64,000 bases of DNA from NCBI GenBank assembly GCA_965263355.1, contig CBDHHL010000032.1:608001-672000 (forward strand), read 5' to 3'. The DNA comes from Leptolyngbyaceae cyanobacterium (lineage in GTDB: Bacteria; Cyanobacteriota; Cyanobacteriia; Phormidesmidales; Phormidesmidaceae). A program made the position numbers and the translations under genes. Positions within the stretch are counted from its first letter, which is position 1; each line of letters begins with the position of its first letter. The notes under the pieces are model-generated. The model made no database searches, had not been told where the DNA came from, and saw only the letters and a program-made list of their open reading frames with translations. Below are positions 31,808 to 42,939 of the stretch, piece after piece.

Positions 31808-32709
31808 CGATAGCTAATGTGCTCTTCCCGATAGTTAGGCGGCTCTACATGGATGGTAACCCGAATTGGACCAAAGGCCTGCTCCAACGTTTGCTCAACA
31901 ACTTCAGTAATATCATGGGCACTGACCACATCCTTGGGCTCCACAATCAAATGCATATCAATAAATACCTGCCGTCCCAATACCCCCCGTGAAGCAATAC
32001 TGTGGCAATTCACAACACCAGGTACCCGCATCACTTCACGATGGATTAACTCCGGCGCAATGGCCATTTCATCTACTAGCCAAGGTAAATTGGCAGATAA
32101 CACAACCCAACCACTGTGAAGTACCAAAATTGCTACGGGCAAAGCCATCACCATATCCAACCAACCAATTCCTCGCCAAACACCGATTAAACCAGCAATA
32201 ACGACGATCGTGATCCAGATATCGCTCATCGTATGGTGAGCATCAGCAATCAAAAGCTGACTACCCAAACGCACACCCACACGTCTTTCGTAAACCGCAA
32301 CGATAATATTGATCCCCAACACCAATAGCATGATCCAAAGGGCACCAGGCGTTAGTTCCACAGAATCTGCCCCAAGCAACAAGCGCTCAAACGCTCCCCT
32401 TAAGATTTCAAAGCAAGCAATACCTAAAAACGCAGCAATACCTAAAGCACCAACTGCCTCATATTTTTGATGACCATAGGGGTGCTCTCGGTCAGGTTTT
32501 GGTGATGCCAACTGGTTTGTGACCAGCCCTAAAACGTTATTAGCACTATCTGTAACACTATGGAGCGCATCCGCCAGTAAACTTAAGGATCCTGTCCAAA
32601 AGCCGACAAATACCTTGAGAACCATCACTAAAAGATTGAGAAACAGGGTAATTAGTAGAACCTGCCTCACTTCAGACTGATAGCTACCACCAGAAACTTC
32701 AGTAGACAT
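31804..32709 (-). CDS. Cation diffusion facilitator transporter (FieF-like)
   Basis: ADALHSVTD, HPYGH, ADAHHTMSD, IHVEP. Confidence 0.93.
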   Translation of the reverse strand: MSTEVSGGSYQSEVRQVLLITLFLNLLVMVLKVFVGFWTGSLSLLADALHSVTDSANNVLGLVTNQLASPKPDREHPYGHQKYEAVGALGIAAFLGIACFEILRGAFERLLLGADSVELTPGALWIMLLVLGINIIVAVYERRVGVRLGSQLLIADAHHTMSDIWITIVVIAGLIGVWRGIGWLDMVMALPVAILVLHSGWVVLSANLPWLVDEMAIAPELIHREVMRVPGVVNCHSIASRGVLGRQVFIDMHLIVEPKDVVSAHDITEVVEQTLEQAFGPIRVTIHVEPPNYREEHISYR

Positions 32710-33027
32710 GCACGACTTCTCCGCAGCATGTCTAATAGTAGCGAAAGAGGTTACCCAACGGGCATTAAGCTGCTAAACAGACAATCCAACAATTCCACAG
32801 GATTTTATAAACTGATAGGGTTAGCGTACACTCGATATGTCAGTCCTTATTGCTTTAGTAATACTTTCCATTAGTCTAGGGCTATGCTACTTAATCGATG
32901 GTCTTCCCCATCTGTGGCCCAGTCTGTCGATTGCTCCGATATGGCTATGGTTATTTTTGGGCTCAATGGTTTTGAGCTGGTTTATGCAGGACAGCTAACT
33001 GATTTTTACATAAGGTTATAACAAGCC

Positions 33028-33354
33028 ATGGCTAGAAACTTTGACCTGGAACAATTAGAGCAGCTTGCTGGTGGTGATAAAACATTTGAAAAAGAACTGT
33101 TGCAGATGTTTATAAGTGATACAGAAAATAGCCTCAGTCAGCTAGCAACTGCAATTAGCATGGAAAATCAAACAGCCATACAAGAACTTGCGCACTATAT
33201 CAAAGGCGCAAGTGCAAATGTTGGTGCAGTAGGGATGTCTGCAGCAGCAGCCAAGCTTGAGATGCTAGCCCAAAAAGGGAGCCTCAGGTCAGCTCCTGAC
33301 AACCTTATAAAACTGCAGGCTTTACATCAAGAGGTTAGACGTTTAGTCCGTTAA
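33028..33354 (+). CDS. Stand-alone Hpt (histidine phosphotransfer) protein
   Basis: AHYIKGASANVGA. Confidence 0.9.
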   Translation: MARNFDLEQLEQLAGGDKTFEKELLQMFISDTENSLSQLATAISMENQTAIQELAHYIKGASANVGAVGMSAAAAKLEMLAQKGSLRSAPDNLIKLQALHQEVRRLVR

Positions 33355-33389
33355 CAAGGTCAAACGGGGCTTGCTAAACATGCTTCTCT

Positions 33390-33429
33390 AAATTAGAGAC
33401 CCAAAGCTTAAGCCCTGGGTCTCTAATTT
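33390..33429. terminator. Bidirectional terminator-like hairpin between convergent genes
   Basis: aaattagagaccca...tgggtctctaattt 14-bp stem. Confidence 0.65.
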
Positions 33430-33462
33430 GGCAAAACTTACCTACCTATCGAAGACTTTTCT

Positions 33463-33879
33463 TTAGACAGATGTACGGCTTTCAGTTGGCTCAGTAGTGC
33501 CATAAAGTTCTGGCAAATCACGCGATGGTGGCAGTGTTTTGGATTCACGGGTTTCAATATAGCCCGTATAGTAGGCACCGGGTTCAATTTCTAAGGCACC
33601 TGCCACAACGTCTCCTTCTAACCGGGCAGTGCTACTCAACGTCAGTTTACCTTCTGCATATACCCGCGCTTTCAAAACTCCTTGAACCGATATGTTTTGA
33701 GCGCGAACTTCTTGGCCTTCCACCAAACCGGTTTTAGAAATTTCTAGATCTCCCTGGATATCAACAATTCCATGAACGATACCATCAACAACTAACTTAC
33801 CTTCTGCATGTATATTGCCCTCTAGTTCACATGTTTTGCTGAGATACGTAAAACTAGTCGCTGGCTTTCGCTTAAACAT
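33463..33879 (-). CDS. Bactofilin (polymer-forming cytoskeletal protein)
   Basis: Beta-helical ELEGNI..VDGIVHG..VEG..RLEGDV..LEIEPGA; ATG at 33879. Confidence 0.9.
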   Translation of the reverse strand: MFKRKPATSFTYLSKTCELEGNIHAEGKLVVDGIVHGIVDIQGDLEISKTGLVEGQEVRAQNISVQGVLKARVYAEGKLTLSSTARLEGDVVAGALEIEPGAYYTGYIETRESKTLPPSRDLPELYGTTEPTESRTSV

Positions 33880-34280
33880 AAACACAGTAATGAGTACCCG
33901 TTCGGCTGGACAGTAATAATAATCGAAGGTTCCTACGGGGTAAGGCCCCAGATGCACACTTAATCTGAAACGTTTGCTATTGAACCATGGCTCAAAATTT
34001 TACCTTCTAAGCATTAACAAGCTGAGTAACAATTAAACAACTTTCTTTTCAAACTTTAAGGCTTTTCTTGCCTAAACTTTAGCATCAAGTTTTTAATTCA
34101 GACTGTTGCTTAGGCTATTTGTTTACTTGATTTTTTATACAAGGGGTCTAAAAAATCGTCCATATACGTAGATAACTCCTTAAATAAGACACCATCAGAT
34201 AGTACGCGCAGGCATCGCAGGTAAGGGTTCCATAACTTTAATTTTCTTGAATAAGTAAAATTTAAAGACCTTATAAAGGC

Positions 34281-34970
34281 TTATCCCAAGAGGCTGGTTA
34301 ATGCTAAAGCCATAGCAGCTGAACCAATCGGGACAGTTAGATTATCAATGCCATATTTGGAAACGGCTTCGAGAGCTGTGGCTGCGATCGCAACCCCCAA
34401 GGCCACCCCCATAAGCGCCCAGCTCATGCCCCATAACCCGCCCAAGACAACTAATACGACTAGGGCACTTGCGATCGCCATAGTGCAACTACCTTCCCAA
34501 CTTTTTTGCTCACCCCAAAGCTCGTACCTGTGGCGACCCCAACGCTGTCCTACCAAAGCCGCCAAACCATCTCCCCAGCACATAATCAAGATACCGATCA
34601 CTCCAAAATATGGATATTTCTGAGGCCAGCACCAGCCCATTAGCACACCTATACTAACTGCATAAAAAAAAGTACCCCAGCTACGACGTCCTACACTGTT
34701 AATACCTGGCAAAATCGGAAACCGATAGGAAATTAGAGCGATCCCGGCAAATATAACGGCGGCGGCTACACCCATCCAAGCAGGTAACCTTAACCACCAA
34801 GCCAGCAAAATTACGTGTCCTGCACCAATATGGACAATCTTACGGGTAATTTCTGGACCATACCCCAGCCGTCGCGCCCCTTCAGAAGCACTGCCAATCA
34901 ATAACAACCAGACCAATACCAGTCCTACCTGCCAGCCGTAAACGGATAATCCAATGTCTAATTGCCCCAT
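34281..34970 (-). CDS. Phytol/dolichol kinase family (CTP-dependent)
   Basis: RKIVHIGAG, GDGLAALVG, KSWEGS, IDNLTVP. Confidence 0.9.
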   Translation of the reverse strand: MGQLDIGLSVYGWQVGLVLVWLLLIGSASEGARRLGYGPEITRKIVHIGAGHVILLAWWLRLPAWMGVAAAVIFAGIALISYRFPILPGINSVGRRSWGTFFYAVSIGVLMGWCWPQKYPYFGVIGILIMCWGDGLAALVGQRWGRHRYELWGEQKSWEGSCTMAIASALVVLVVLGGLWGMSWALMGVALGVAIAATALEAVSKYGIDNLTVPIGSAAMALALTSLLG

Positions 34971-35092
34971 GCGCTATCAGCCAAATCCCCTCAACGCGAT
35001 TGTAAAGCCTACATCAGATCCTTACTCAATGCGGTTCCCCTATCACCCTCAGACTGCTATCTTGATGGGGAAATTCAGTCACAAGCCACCGC

Positions 35093-35821
35093 ATGGGGAA
35101 TACCTACAAGCGAGTACTACTAAAACTTAGCGGCGAAGCCCTGATGGGCAAACTGGCCTACGGCATTGACCCAACTATAGTAGATGCCATCGCCCAGGAA
35201 ATTGCAGCCACCATCACTCAAGGAGTTCAAATTGCTATCGTCGTTGGCGGAGGCAATATTTTTCGAGGCGTAAAAGGCGCTGCCTCAGGCATGGATCGCG
35301 CTACAGCAGACTATATTGGCATGCTTGCCACGGTCATGAACGCCATGACCTTACAAGATGCCCTAGAACGTATTGATGTACCTACTAGAGTCCAGACAGC
35401 CATTTCTATGCAGGAAATGGCTGAGCCCTATATTCGCAGAAGAGCCATTCGTCACCTTGAAAAAAATCGAGTTGTCATCTTTGGCGCTGGTTCCGGTAAT
35501 CCATTCTTTACAACCGATACTACCGCTGCCCTCCGTGCAGCTGAAATTAGCGCCGAGGTACTCCTTAAAGCCACCAAGGTAGATGGCGTTTATGATTCTG
35601 ACCCTAAAACTAATCCCAACGCAAAACGTTATACCAGTTTGACCTATAGTCATGTTCTAGCCAAAGATCTCAAAGTGATGGATGGTACAGCCATTGCACT
35701 GTGTAAAGATAACAACATCCCCATCATGGTGTTTAATCTAGCTGTTGCTGGCAATATTCAACGAGCCATGACTGGGGAACCAATTGGCACGATTGTGGGA
35801 GGATCTTGTGAAGTTAGCTGA
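35093..35821 (+). CDS. pyrH: UMP kinase
   Basis: [27 protein letters not shown]. Confidence 0.98.
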   Translation: MGNTYKRVLLKLSGEALMGKLAYGIDPTIVDAIAQEIAATITQGVQIAIVVGGGNIFRGVKGAASGMDRATADYIGMLATVMNAMTLQDALERIDVPTRVQTAISMQEMAEPYIRRRAIRHLEKNRVVIFGAGSGNPFFTTDTTAALRAAEISAEVLLKATKVDGVYDSDPKTNPNAKRYTSLTYSHVLAKDLKVMDGTAIALCKDNNIPIMVFNLAVAGNIQRAMTGEPIGTIVGGSCEVS

Positions 35822-36365
35822 TATTAACGATGTAGAGCAGGCGATGCAAAAGGCGGTTGAAGCCACTAAGCGTTCTTTCAACACCATCCGCACTGGGCGC
35901 GCCAACGCATCCTTATTGGATCGTATTTCCTTTGATTATTACGGTGCCCCTACACCATTGAAATCAATGGCTAGCATCAGCACCCCTGACCCAAGTACGC
36001 TAATGATTCAGCCCTACGATGCTAGCATTCTCAGCCAAATTGAGAAGGCGATTTCTCTGTCTGATGTTGGCCTAGTGCCAAACAACGATGGTTCAGTTAT
36101 TCGGTTAAATATTCCACCCTTAACCACCGAACGTCGTAAAGAATTTGTCAAACAGGCCAGTAAGTACGCTGAAGAAGGGCGTGTAGCCATTCGTAACGTT
36201 AGACGGGACGGCATGGAATTTGCTAAAAAGCAAGAAAAAAGTGGTGACTTATCTGAAGATGAAGCTCGCGATTTGCAAGATCAGGTCGAAAAGCTAACTA
36301 AGCAATACATTCAGAATGTCGATAAGGCATTTGAAGATAAGGAAAAGGAAATCATGAAGGTTTGA
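35808..36365 (+). CDS. frr: Ribosome recycling factor
   Basis: [26 protein letters not shown] start overlapping pyrH. Confidence 0.97.
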   Translation: MKLADINDVEQAMQKAVEATKRSFNTIRTGRANASLLDRISFDYYGAPTPLKSMASISTPDPSTLMIQPYDASILSQIEKAISLSDVGLVPNNDGSVIRLNIPPLTTERRKEFVKQASKYAEEGRVAIRNVRRDGMEFAKKQEKSGDLSEDEARDLQDQVEKLTKQYIQNVDKAFEDKEKEIMKV

Positions 36366-36477
36366 TTCAATAGCATTCAGATTCTAAAAAGAAAAAGCTA
36401 CCTAGCTCCCAATTGCGCTGACTCCAAGATTTAGTAGCCACAGCCCCTTAAAATAAAGCGGGTCATATCAGGAGTGC

Positions 36478-37611
36478 ATGATGTTTGACTGTATCGTCGT
36501 AGGCGCTGGACCTGCAGGTAGTACAACCGCGTATCAGCTAGCAAAGCAGGGCCACTCTATATTGCTCATTGAAAAGCATGACCTCCCCCGCTACAAGCCT
36601 TGTACGGGGGCTGTGGCACCAAGTATCGCCAACTGGCTTGACTTTGATATCACACCCGCTATCGATCAAAAGCTGCGTCGTATTCGTTACACTTGGCAGC
36701 TGACTGATCCCATTGACTCAGAAATCGAAACCGATGAGCCCATATGGGTTGTTCGTCGTGATGTCTTTGATCAATACTTAGTTGACCAAGCCTACAGGCA
36801 GGGTGTAACCATCAGAGATAGTACACCTGTTTTAAGCATAGAGTTCAAAAGCAAAACTTGGACAGTCAACACGGCAAACGGGTCATTCGTTACCCGTTAT
36901 CTAGTAGCCGCTGACGGGGCCGATGGTCCAATGGCTAAATGGCTGGGATTTAAATCTGAAAAAGTGCGTCAGAGTTATGTTCTAGAGCTGGATTTACCTG
37001 CACCTGTTGACAATCCCACCATGTCATTTGAATTTGGCTTGGTTAAGCAAGGTTGCCTTTGGAACTTTCCAAAACAACAGCGTTATTCCCTAGGCATTGC
37101 TCGTTTCTTGGGCGATACTCTCAAAAATCCAGAAAAATCTTTAGCTACCTATGCCGAAGCATTAGGGACCCATATCGAAGCAGGCCAACTCTATACCCAT
37201 GGCCTTAAACTTTGGAATGGCAATCGCCCTCTCCATACAAACCAAGCACTCTTAGTGGGTGAAGCAGCTGCCCTGGTAGATCCCATGACTGCCGAAGGTA
37301 TTCGTCCTGCAATTTTTAGCGGGATTAAAGCTGCCATGGCTATCAACAGTGCCTTGAAGGGAAATGAACAATCTCTGGCCAACTACAGCCAGACCATTCA
37401 CAATGAATGGGGCAATGACATCCAGTGGAGTCAGCGCATTGCCAACGTGTTTTTCCGCATACCTAAAATTGGCTATCGAGTTGGCATCAAGCGACCAACT
37501 GCAACTAAACGATTGGGCCAACTACTAACTGGTGAAATCCACTACGCCGACTTAGCCAATCGAGTGATAAAACGCCTCAGTAGTGGCTTTTTACCTGGCA
37601 GAGAGAGCTAA
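36478..37611 (+). CDS. Geranylgeranyl reductase family FAD oxidoreductase
   Basis: VVGAGPAG, PRYKPC, AADGA, GEAA..VDP.TAEGI. Confidence 0.88.
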   Translation: MMFDCIVVGAGPAGSTTAYQLAKQGHSILLIEKHDLPRYKPCTGAVAPSIANWLDFDITPAIDQKLRRIRYTWQLTDPIDSEIETDEPIWVVRRDVFDQYLVDQAYRQGVTIRDSTPVLSIEFKSKTWTVNTANGSFVTRYLVAADGADGPMAKWLGFKSEKVRQSYVLELDLPAPVDNPTMSFEFGLVKQGCLWNFPKQQRYSLGIARFLGDTLKNPEKSLATYAEALGTHIEAGQLYTHGLKLWNGNRPLHTNQALLVGEAAALVDPMTAEGIRPAIFSGIKAAMAINSALKGNEQSLANYSQTIHNEWGNDIQWSQRIANVFFRIPKIGYRVGIKRPTATKRLGQLLTGEIHYADLANRVIKRLSSGFLPGRES

Positions 37612-37904
37612 GCAATCTTTTTTCAAGCAGAGTGGTTATTTTTACCGACTTAAGTAAACAATAATCATTTATTGTAGAAAATAAAAATTAAAACCTTATC
37701 AAAAAAATTCACAAGTAAATCCTTGGAACAGTATACGAGATTGCAATTTATATAAAGCAAATCTTTAGATTAAACATTTTAAGAATATTTTGTCTAAACA
37801 TATTCTTCACAAGACTAATAACTTTTATATTTTAAATTTCCGGCAGTTTGGTCATTTCTAGAACCACATAAAAGTGTCTAAAAATACGCGGGACTAGGGC
37901 TCTG

Positions 37905-37948
37905 GCGACAGCGGGGATCGCCTGCCAAGAGGCGATCCCCGCTGTCGC
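37905..37948. other. GC-rich perfect 19-bp stem-loop in an AT-rich intergenic region
   Basis: gcgacagcggggatcgcct-gccaag-aggcgatccccgctgtcgc. Confidence 0.8.
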
Positions 37949-38024
37949 TGTAACTTTTGACACATTGTCGCAAACATAAGAGCTTGTCATAATTAAGACC
38001 TACCTGTTTTTTTAATAAGTTCTT

Positions 38025-38213
38025 ATGAATACTGTGATTCAAACTGTCCATTGCCCAAACTGTGGTCAATCCGCTGAGCGGCATTATTTAAACAATCAGC
38101 AATTAACCCGAACTCAATGTTCAAGCTGTGATTACTTAATGATTGTTTGTCAAAAAACTGGCAAAGTTATCGAAGCATATGCCCCAGGAATCGCTTCAGT
38201 GATGGCTAGCTAA
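38025..38213 (+). CDS. Small Zn-ribbon protein, conserved in cyanobacteria
   Basis: CPNCG..AERHY...TQC..CDYLM..C..TGKVIEAYAPG. Confidence 0.8.
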   Translation: MNTVIQTVHCPNCGQSAERHYLNNQQLTRTQCSSCDYLMIVCQKTGKVIEAYAPGIASVMAS

Positions 38214-38276
38214 CATTAAATGAGCAAATGGCAAATCCCTATAAAAATTGGAGAACAAGTTTTCTACAGCCTGAGA

Positions 38277-39335
38277 CTAAGCTTCAACTTTGGATGCGCG
38301 TAACTGCCCACAAGCCGCATCTTTTTCTAGCCCCCGTGAATAACGAACACTGACAGCAATTCCTGACGTTTTTAAGCGGTCAGTAAATTGGTTAATACGT
38401 TTACGTGAAGGACGCTGATAGTCTACTTCATCGATAGGATTATAGGGAATTAAGTTGACATGGCTTTGAAATCCACGCAGTAACTGCGCCAACTCACCAG
38501 CGTGGTCTTCACAGTCATTCAAACCTGCTAGCAAAATATACTCGAACGTAACACGACGCCCTGTAATAGCAACATATTCACGACATTCATCCAGTAAATC
38601 TGCCAAGGGATATTGTTGTGCACTGGGAATCAACTGCGTTCGTAGTATTTGATTAGAGGCATGGAGACTGACAGCTAATGTTACTTGCAACTGATGCTGG
38701 GCAAGTCGACGAATTTTCCCTGGAATCCCAACTGTAGAAATAGTGATGCTGCGCTGACCAATACCAATATCCTGGTTAAGGCATTTCACTGCTGCCACAA
38801 CATTTTCTGTATTGATCAACGGTTCTCCCATACCCATAAAAACAATATTGCTAACCCGCTGCTTAAAGGCTGCTTGCACAGTCAGCACCTGGTCAACAAT
38901 TTCATGAACAGCTAAATTGCGAATAAATCCACCTTTACCCGTTGCACAAAAATCACAGGCCATGGGACATCCTACTTGAGATGACACACAGACGGTCAGA
39001 CGTTTGTCCGTTGGCATGCCAACGGCCTCAATCATTTGCCCATCGCCTAAGCGCAACAAGAACTTAACCGTTTGATCAGCAGCCACAGAGCGATGATGAA
39101 TTTCAGAGCGACCAACAAAAACGCTCTCCATCTCCTGACGCCAGACTTTTGGAAAAACTGTAATGTCTGTTAATGAACGAGCACCCTTGCTGTATAACCA
39201 CTGGTGCAGTTGCTTACCTCGATAGGCAGGCTGTCCCTGGGTCTTCACCCAATCAGTCAACTCAGCTTGGTTCATCCCTAGAAGAGGACGCTGAGGTGAT
39301 TCATTGATTTGAGCACCATCTAAGGTAACAACCAT
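38277..39335 (-). CDS. rlmN: 23S rRNA (A2503-C2) methyltransferase RlmN
   Basis: [28 protein letters not shown]. Confidence 0.97.
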   Translation of the reverse strand: MVVTLDGAQINESPQRPLLGMNQAELTDWVKTQGQPAYRGKQLHQWLYSKGARSLTDITVFPKVWRQEMESVFVGRSEIHHRSVAADQTVKFLLRLGDGQMIEAVGMPTDKRLTVCVSSQVGCPMACDFCATGKGGFIRNLAVHEIVDQVLTVQAAFKQRVSNIVFMGMGEPLINTENVVAAVKCLNQDIGIGQRSITISTVGIPGKIRRLAQHQLQVTLAVSLHASNQILRTQLIPSAQQYPLADLLDECREYVAITGRRVTFEYILLAGLNDCEDHAGELAQLLRGFQSHVNLIPYNPIDEVDYQRPSRKRINQFTDRLKTSGIAVSVRYSRGLEKDAACGQLRASKVEA

Positions 39336-39442
39336 GGTTAAAGCTAATAAAAAGTAGTCCAGGGCAATTGCCAGAACTACATCTTAGATGATGATGAGGG
39401 GTAGTCGGCAGCATGTCACCATTCACCCCTCATTTCATCACT

Positions 39443-40261
39443 TTAATTATTAGCCTCAGGATTGTCATTAATCAGGTCAACTAATCCTTCGGTCAATGCC
39501 CTGGGATCCATAAAGACAACCTTAGAATTATCACTTTCACCTAGCTTTTGATTTGCATCTACATAACGCTGAGCAATCAAAAACTTCATAATGTCACCTT
39601 GGCTTAGCTGACCATCAAACGCCTGAGAAATCAGACGCATCGACTGAACATTACCCTCTGCTTCCAGGATAGCGGCCTCCTTTAAACCTTCGGCTTTAGT
39701 AATTGCAGCCCGTTTAGCAATTTCAGCGGCCTGCTCAAGTCGCATAGATTCTTCCACTTCAGATGGGATTTTAATCTCTTGAACTTCTACACGATTTACC
39801 TTGACCCCCCAAGGTTCAGTCGCCTCATCTAAGACATCAAGCAAAGCCTTATTGATAGCTTCTCTGGAGGAGAACGTTTCCTGGAGGTCCATCTTACCGA
39901 TTTCAGACCGTAGCGTTGTAACGACTAATTCCTGGATAGCAGTTTCCACGTCTTCAATGGCATAGTAAGTTTTCTCAAGGTCCAGAATACGCCAATAAAT
40001 CACAGCATCTATCTCAACATTGACGTTATCTCGAGTAGTGCCACTTCTGGGTTCAATATCTAAAATTTGTTCCCGTAGCGTATCTTCAATCACTAAAGAA
40101 TCGAGCAGCGGCACGATGAAATTAACACCTGGTTCTAAGGTGGAGCGGTAACGCCCCAATCGCTCTATCAAGGCTGCATTGCCTTCTTTGACAACCCTGA
40201 CAGAACCAACTGAGTAGCCAATAATTATTAACGAGAGAATAGCAAGAATAGAAGAGCCCAT
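39443..40261 (-). CDS. SPFH/stomatin-like (band 7) protein
   Basis: N-terminal TM, ERLGRY, TRDNV, ATEPWGVKV; ATG at 40261. Confidence 0.92.
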   Translation of the reverse strand: MGSSILAILSLIIIGYSVGSVRVVKEGNAALIERLGRYRSTLEPGVNFIVPLLDSLVIEDTLREQILDIEPRSGTTRDNVNVEIDAVIYWRILDLEKTYYAIEDVETAIQELVVTTLRSEIGKMDLQETFSSREAINKALLDVLDEATEPWGVKVNRVEVQEIKIPSEVEESMRLEQAAEIAKRAAITKAEGLKEAAILEAEGNVQSMRLISQAFDGQLSQGDIMKFLIAQRYVDANQKLGESDNSKVVFMDPRALTEGLVDLINDNPEANN

Positions 40262-40414
40262 GGGGAACTGGAGCGCTAGCGCAATGAAATGAATGTGCTC
40301 ATGGATAACACATCTTTTGAGTTTCTGTCTAGCGTACGATACGGAAATTGGGATAATCTGCGTGTCAAATACCCTCAGTACTTGACACGCCATTACTCAT
40401 AACAACCAACATTC

Positions 40415-41152
40415 ATGTCAGAAAAGTTAATAGTCCAACATGTTATGCAACATATTAGGTCTACAACTAATTGGTTAGGAGCACTTACGTTCGTTTTAGG
40501 GCTAGGATTTGAGGCAGGCTATGGGTCAAAAGTAATGGCCCAGCATAGCCACAGTGGCTGTTATATCAAAGATGAAAATGGTGATTTGTATGATCTTGGT
40601 TTGCTTTGTACAGTTCCTGATGATCGCAATGTTGAACCAATCTTGCAAACCGGTGATGTCCAGGTAACGCTACGTTGGAATACTAGGGATGATTTAGATT
40701 TAATCGTTGTGGATCCAGCCGGTAGTGTCGTGGATTTTGGTTCCCCCAGATCGCCTTCGGGGGGACAACTGGATGTGGATGCCAACAGCTTTTGCCAAAC
40801 TCAAAATTTTTCCCCGGTTGAAAATATCTTTTGGCCAACGGGAACAGCTCCCGTTGGTCAGTATTTGGCTTACGTTACCCTGGCAATACCCTGTAGTTTA
40901 GAAAACTTAGTCAGTAGTGATATCACCGCTGCTAATAACGCGTATGGAGCCCTGGAAGTCCCCTATACACTAACCATTTTGAATGAAGGGGAAACGACAA
41001 CCTATGATGGCATTAGCAGACCTGAAGAATTTGGAGTGGACTATCCTTTTCAGGTAGGCCCATCAGCTGGAACGACTCCCCCTTCCTTGTCTGAAACAGA
41101 GCCGCCTAAAGATAGTTTAGAATTGCCTAGTTTTGGGTTACCGGAATTGTAA
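40415..41152 (+). CDS. Exported hypothetical protein with YfaP/DUF2135-like domain
   Basis: GDVQVTLRW..DDLDL.VVDP, GGQLDVD, PVENIFW; N-terminal signal-like segment. Confidence 0.7.
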   Translation: MSEKLIVQHVMQHIRSTTNWLGALTFVLGLGFEAGYGSKVMAQHSHSGCYIKDENGDLYDLGLLCTVPDDRNVEPILQTGDVQVTLRWNTRDDLDLIVVDPAGSVVDFGSPRSPSGGQLDVDANSFCQTQNFSPVENIFWPTGTAPVGQYLAYVTLAIPCSLENLVSSDITAANNAYGALEVPYTLTILNEGETTTYDGISRPEEFGVDYPFQVGPSAGTTPPSLSETEPPKDSLELPSFGLPEL

Positions 41153-41175
41153 GAGCGGCAATGCTCTTTGCTGTA

Positions 41176-41901
41176 CTAACGACGACGACCTTGGTTGAAA
41201 GGGCCTTGCCCTCTAGGAAATAGCCCTAGTAATGGACCTAGCACCACACCGAATACAAATCCACCTGCATGGGCCCAGTAAGCAACACCGCCTGAGCCCA
41301 TATCAGCATTGGCACCTAGGCTAGCAACGCCATAGAAAGCCTGCTGTACAAACCACCAGCCTAGAAAAAAGACGGCTGGAATACGCACGGTCGTAAAGAT
41401 AAAAAATAATGGTAAGAGTGTGAGAATCTGAGCCTTAGGAAAACGAATGATATAGGCTCCCATGACACCTGCGATCGCACCACTGGCTCCTAACGTCGGC
41501 ACCATAGACGCTGGCGCAAAGACCCACTGGGCCATGCCTGCCAATGCCCCACAGGCCAGATAAAATACAATAAATCGCCCGTGCCCCAGCTGGTCTTCAA
41601 TATTGTTACCAAAAATCCAAAGGTAGAGCATGTTGCCCCCCAGGTGGGCAAAGCCACCATGGAGAAACTGGGAACTGATTAAGGTAAACCACTCACCGAT
41701 AGGATTCACAGACTGCCCACCAAAGCTCTCTGTAAGCTCAGCTGGGACAATGGCCCATACATTAAAAAACTGATTTAGGGCTTCTTCTCCCATACCCTGG
41801 AGAGAAAGTTCGTATACAAAAATCAAGACATTGAGAACAATCAACACAAACACTACATAGGGCGTTGTGCGGGTTGGATTATTGTCGCTTAAGGGAACCA
41901 C
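41176..41901 (-). CDS. Rhomboid intramembrane serine protease
   Basis: FLHGG..HL.GNM, GASGA, AHAGG. Confidence 0.95.
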   Translation of the reverse strand: MVPLSDNNPTRTTPYVVFVLIVLNVLIFVYELSLQGMGEEALNQFFNVWAIVPAELTESFGGQSVNPIGEWFTLISSQFLHGGFAHLGGNMLYLWIFGNNIEDQLGHGRFIVFYLACGALAGMAQWVFAPASMVPTLGASGAIAGVMGAYIIRFPKAQILTLLPLFFIFTTVRIPAVFFLGWWFVQQAFYGVASLGANADMGSGGVAYWAHAGGFVFGVVLGPLLGLFPRGQGPFNQGRRR

Positions 41902-41985
41902 AGAACAGTAGATAAGCTGGCTACTTACCTATTGTCGGTGATGAGTTTTGATACGCGCAAGCACATGGCCTTGGACCCCTATCTT

Positions 41986-42008
41986 AAGTTTTGAATTTTA
42001 AGTTTTAA
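41986..42008. repeat. Short heptamer tandem repeat (STRR-like)
   Basis: aagtttt gaatttt aagtttt aa. Confidence 0.4.
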
Positions 42009-42015
42009 GACCTTC

Positions 42016-42939
42016 CTACGCCGCCTTAGATTCACTGGGTTTACCGCCCCAGACCGCCTTAATTGTGTCTAAAAAAGCAAACACTGATGGTGGCTGCAAT
42101 GCATCCACCAGGGTAATAACGCCAATCACCCGTTCAAACGGTTCTGGCAGTTGAGCAACCGTAATATCGTCAGGAATGGGTTCAGCGGCCAATCGAGCCA
42201 TAATTGTCGCGCCTAACCCCCGTCGTACCATGCTGACAATGGTCGAGTCTTCGCGCACATCGTAGGCCACGTTAATCGGCTGATTATGGCGTGTTAAATA
42301 ATTCTCAATGTTGTAACGACAGCCATCGCCTGGAGGCGTTTGAATCAAGGGATAATTAAATAACTGCTCCCAGGTCAGCTGGGCATCTATTGGTTTTGCG
42401 GTGGGCGGTAACAATACTACATATTCATCTCGCAATAATTCCCACGCATCAAACTCAGCACTTGCCGGTAAATAGCTAAAGCCAATATCAAGCCGCCCCT
42501 GACGGAGATGGTCTTCAACCCGGTAGTAATGATTAAACTCTTCGATAGTGACGCTGATGCCAGGGTACTGCTGGCGGAAACGTTCAATTACAGCAGGTAA
42601 AATATGGGTGGCGACACTACGAAAGCCACCCATACGTACCTGGCCTGATTGCAAGCCTTTGGCTAACTGGGCCTGCTGACAAATTTTGTCTAACCGCTCC
42701 AATACTTGTTGGGCTTCAACGGTAATGGCTTCACCCACTGGGGTAAGTACAGCGCCCTGGCGACCTCGGTTGAGGAGGATAACTCCGAGTTCAGTTTCTA
42801 GGGTGGCGATCGCATGGCTCACCGCCGATTGGGATAGGTCTAATTGCAAAGCTGCATCGCTAAAGGTACCGGTCTTAGCAATAGCCACCAGCGCCCTTAG
42901 TTGGGAAAGTTTAAGTCGATTGGGATTGCTCTCGGCCAT
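42016..42939 (-). CDS. LysR family transcriptional regulator
   Basis: FSDAALQLDLSQSAVSHAI HTH plus substrate-binding domain. Confidence 0.95.
   Translation of the reverse strand: MAESNPNRLKLSQLRALVAIAKTGTFSDAALQLDLSQSAVSHAIATLETELGVILLNRGRQGAVLTPVGEAITVEAQQVLERLDKICQQAQLAKGLQSGQVRMGGFRSVATHILPAVIERFRQQYPGISVTIEEFNHYYRVEDHLRQGRLDIGFSYLPASAEFDAWELLRDEYVVLLPPTAKPIDAQLTWEQLFNYPLIQTPPGDGCRYNIENYLTRHNQPINVAYDVREDSTIVSMVRRGLGATIMARLAAEPIPDDITVAQLPEPFERVIGVITLVDALQPPSVFAFLDTIKAVWGGKPSESKAA

Noticed and set aside
38025..38213. PriA helicase label sometimes attached to this family
   Set aside because: Only a 62-aa Zn ribbon with no helicase motifs.
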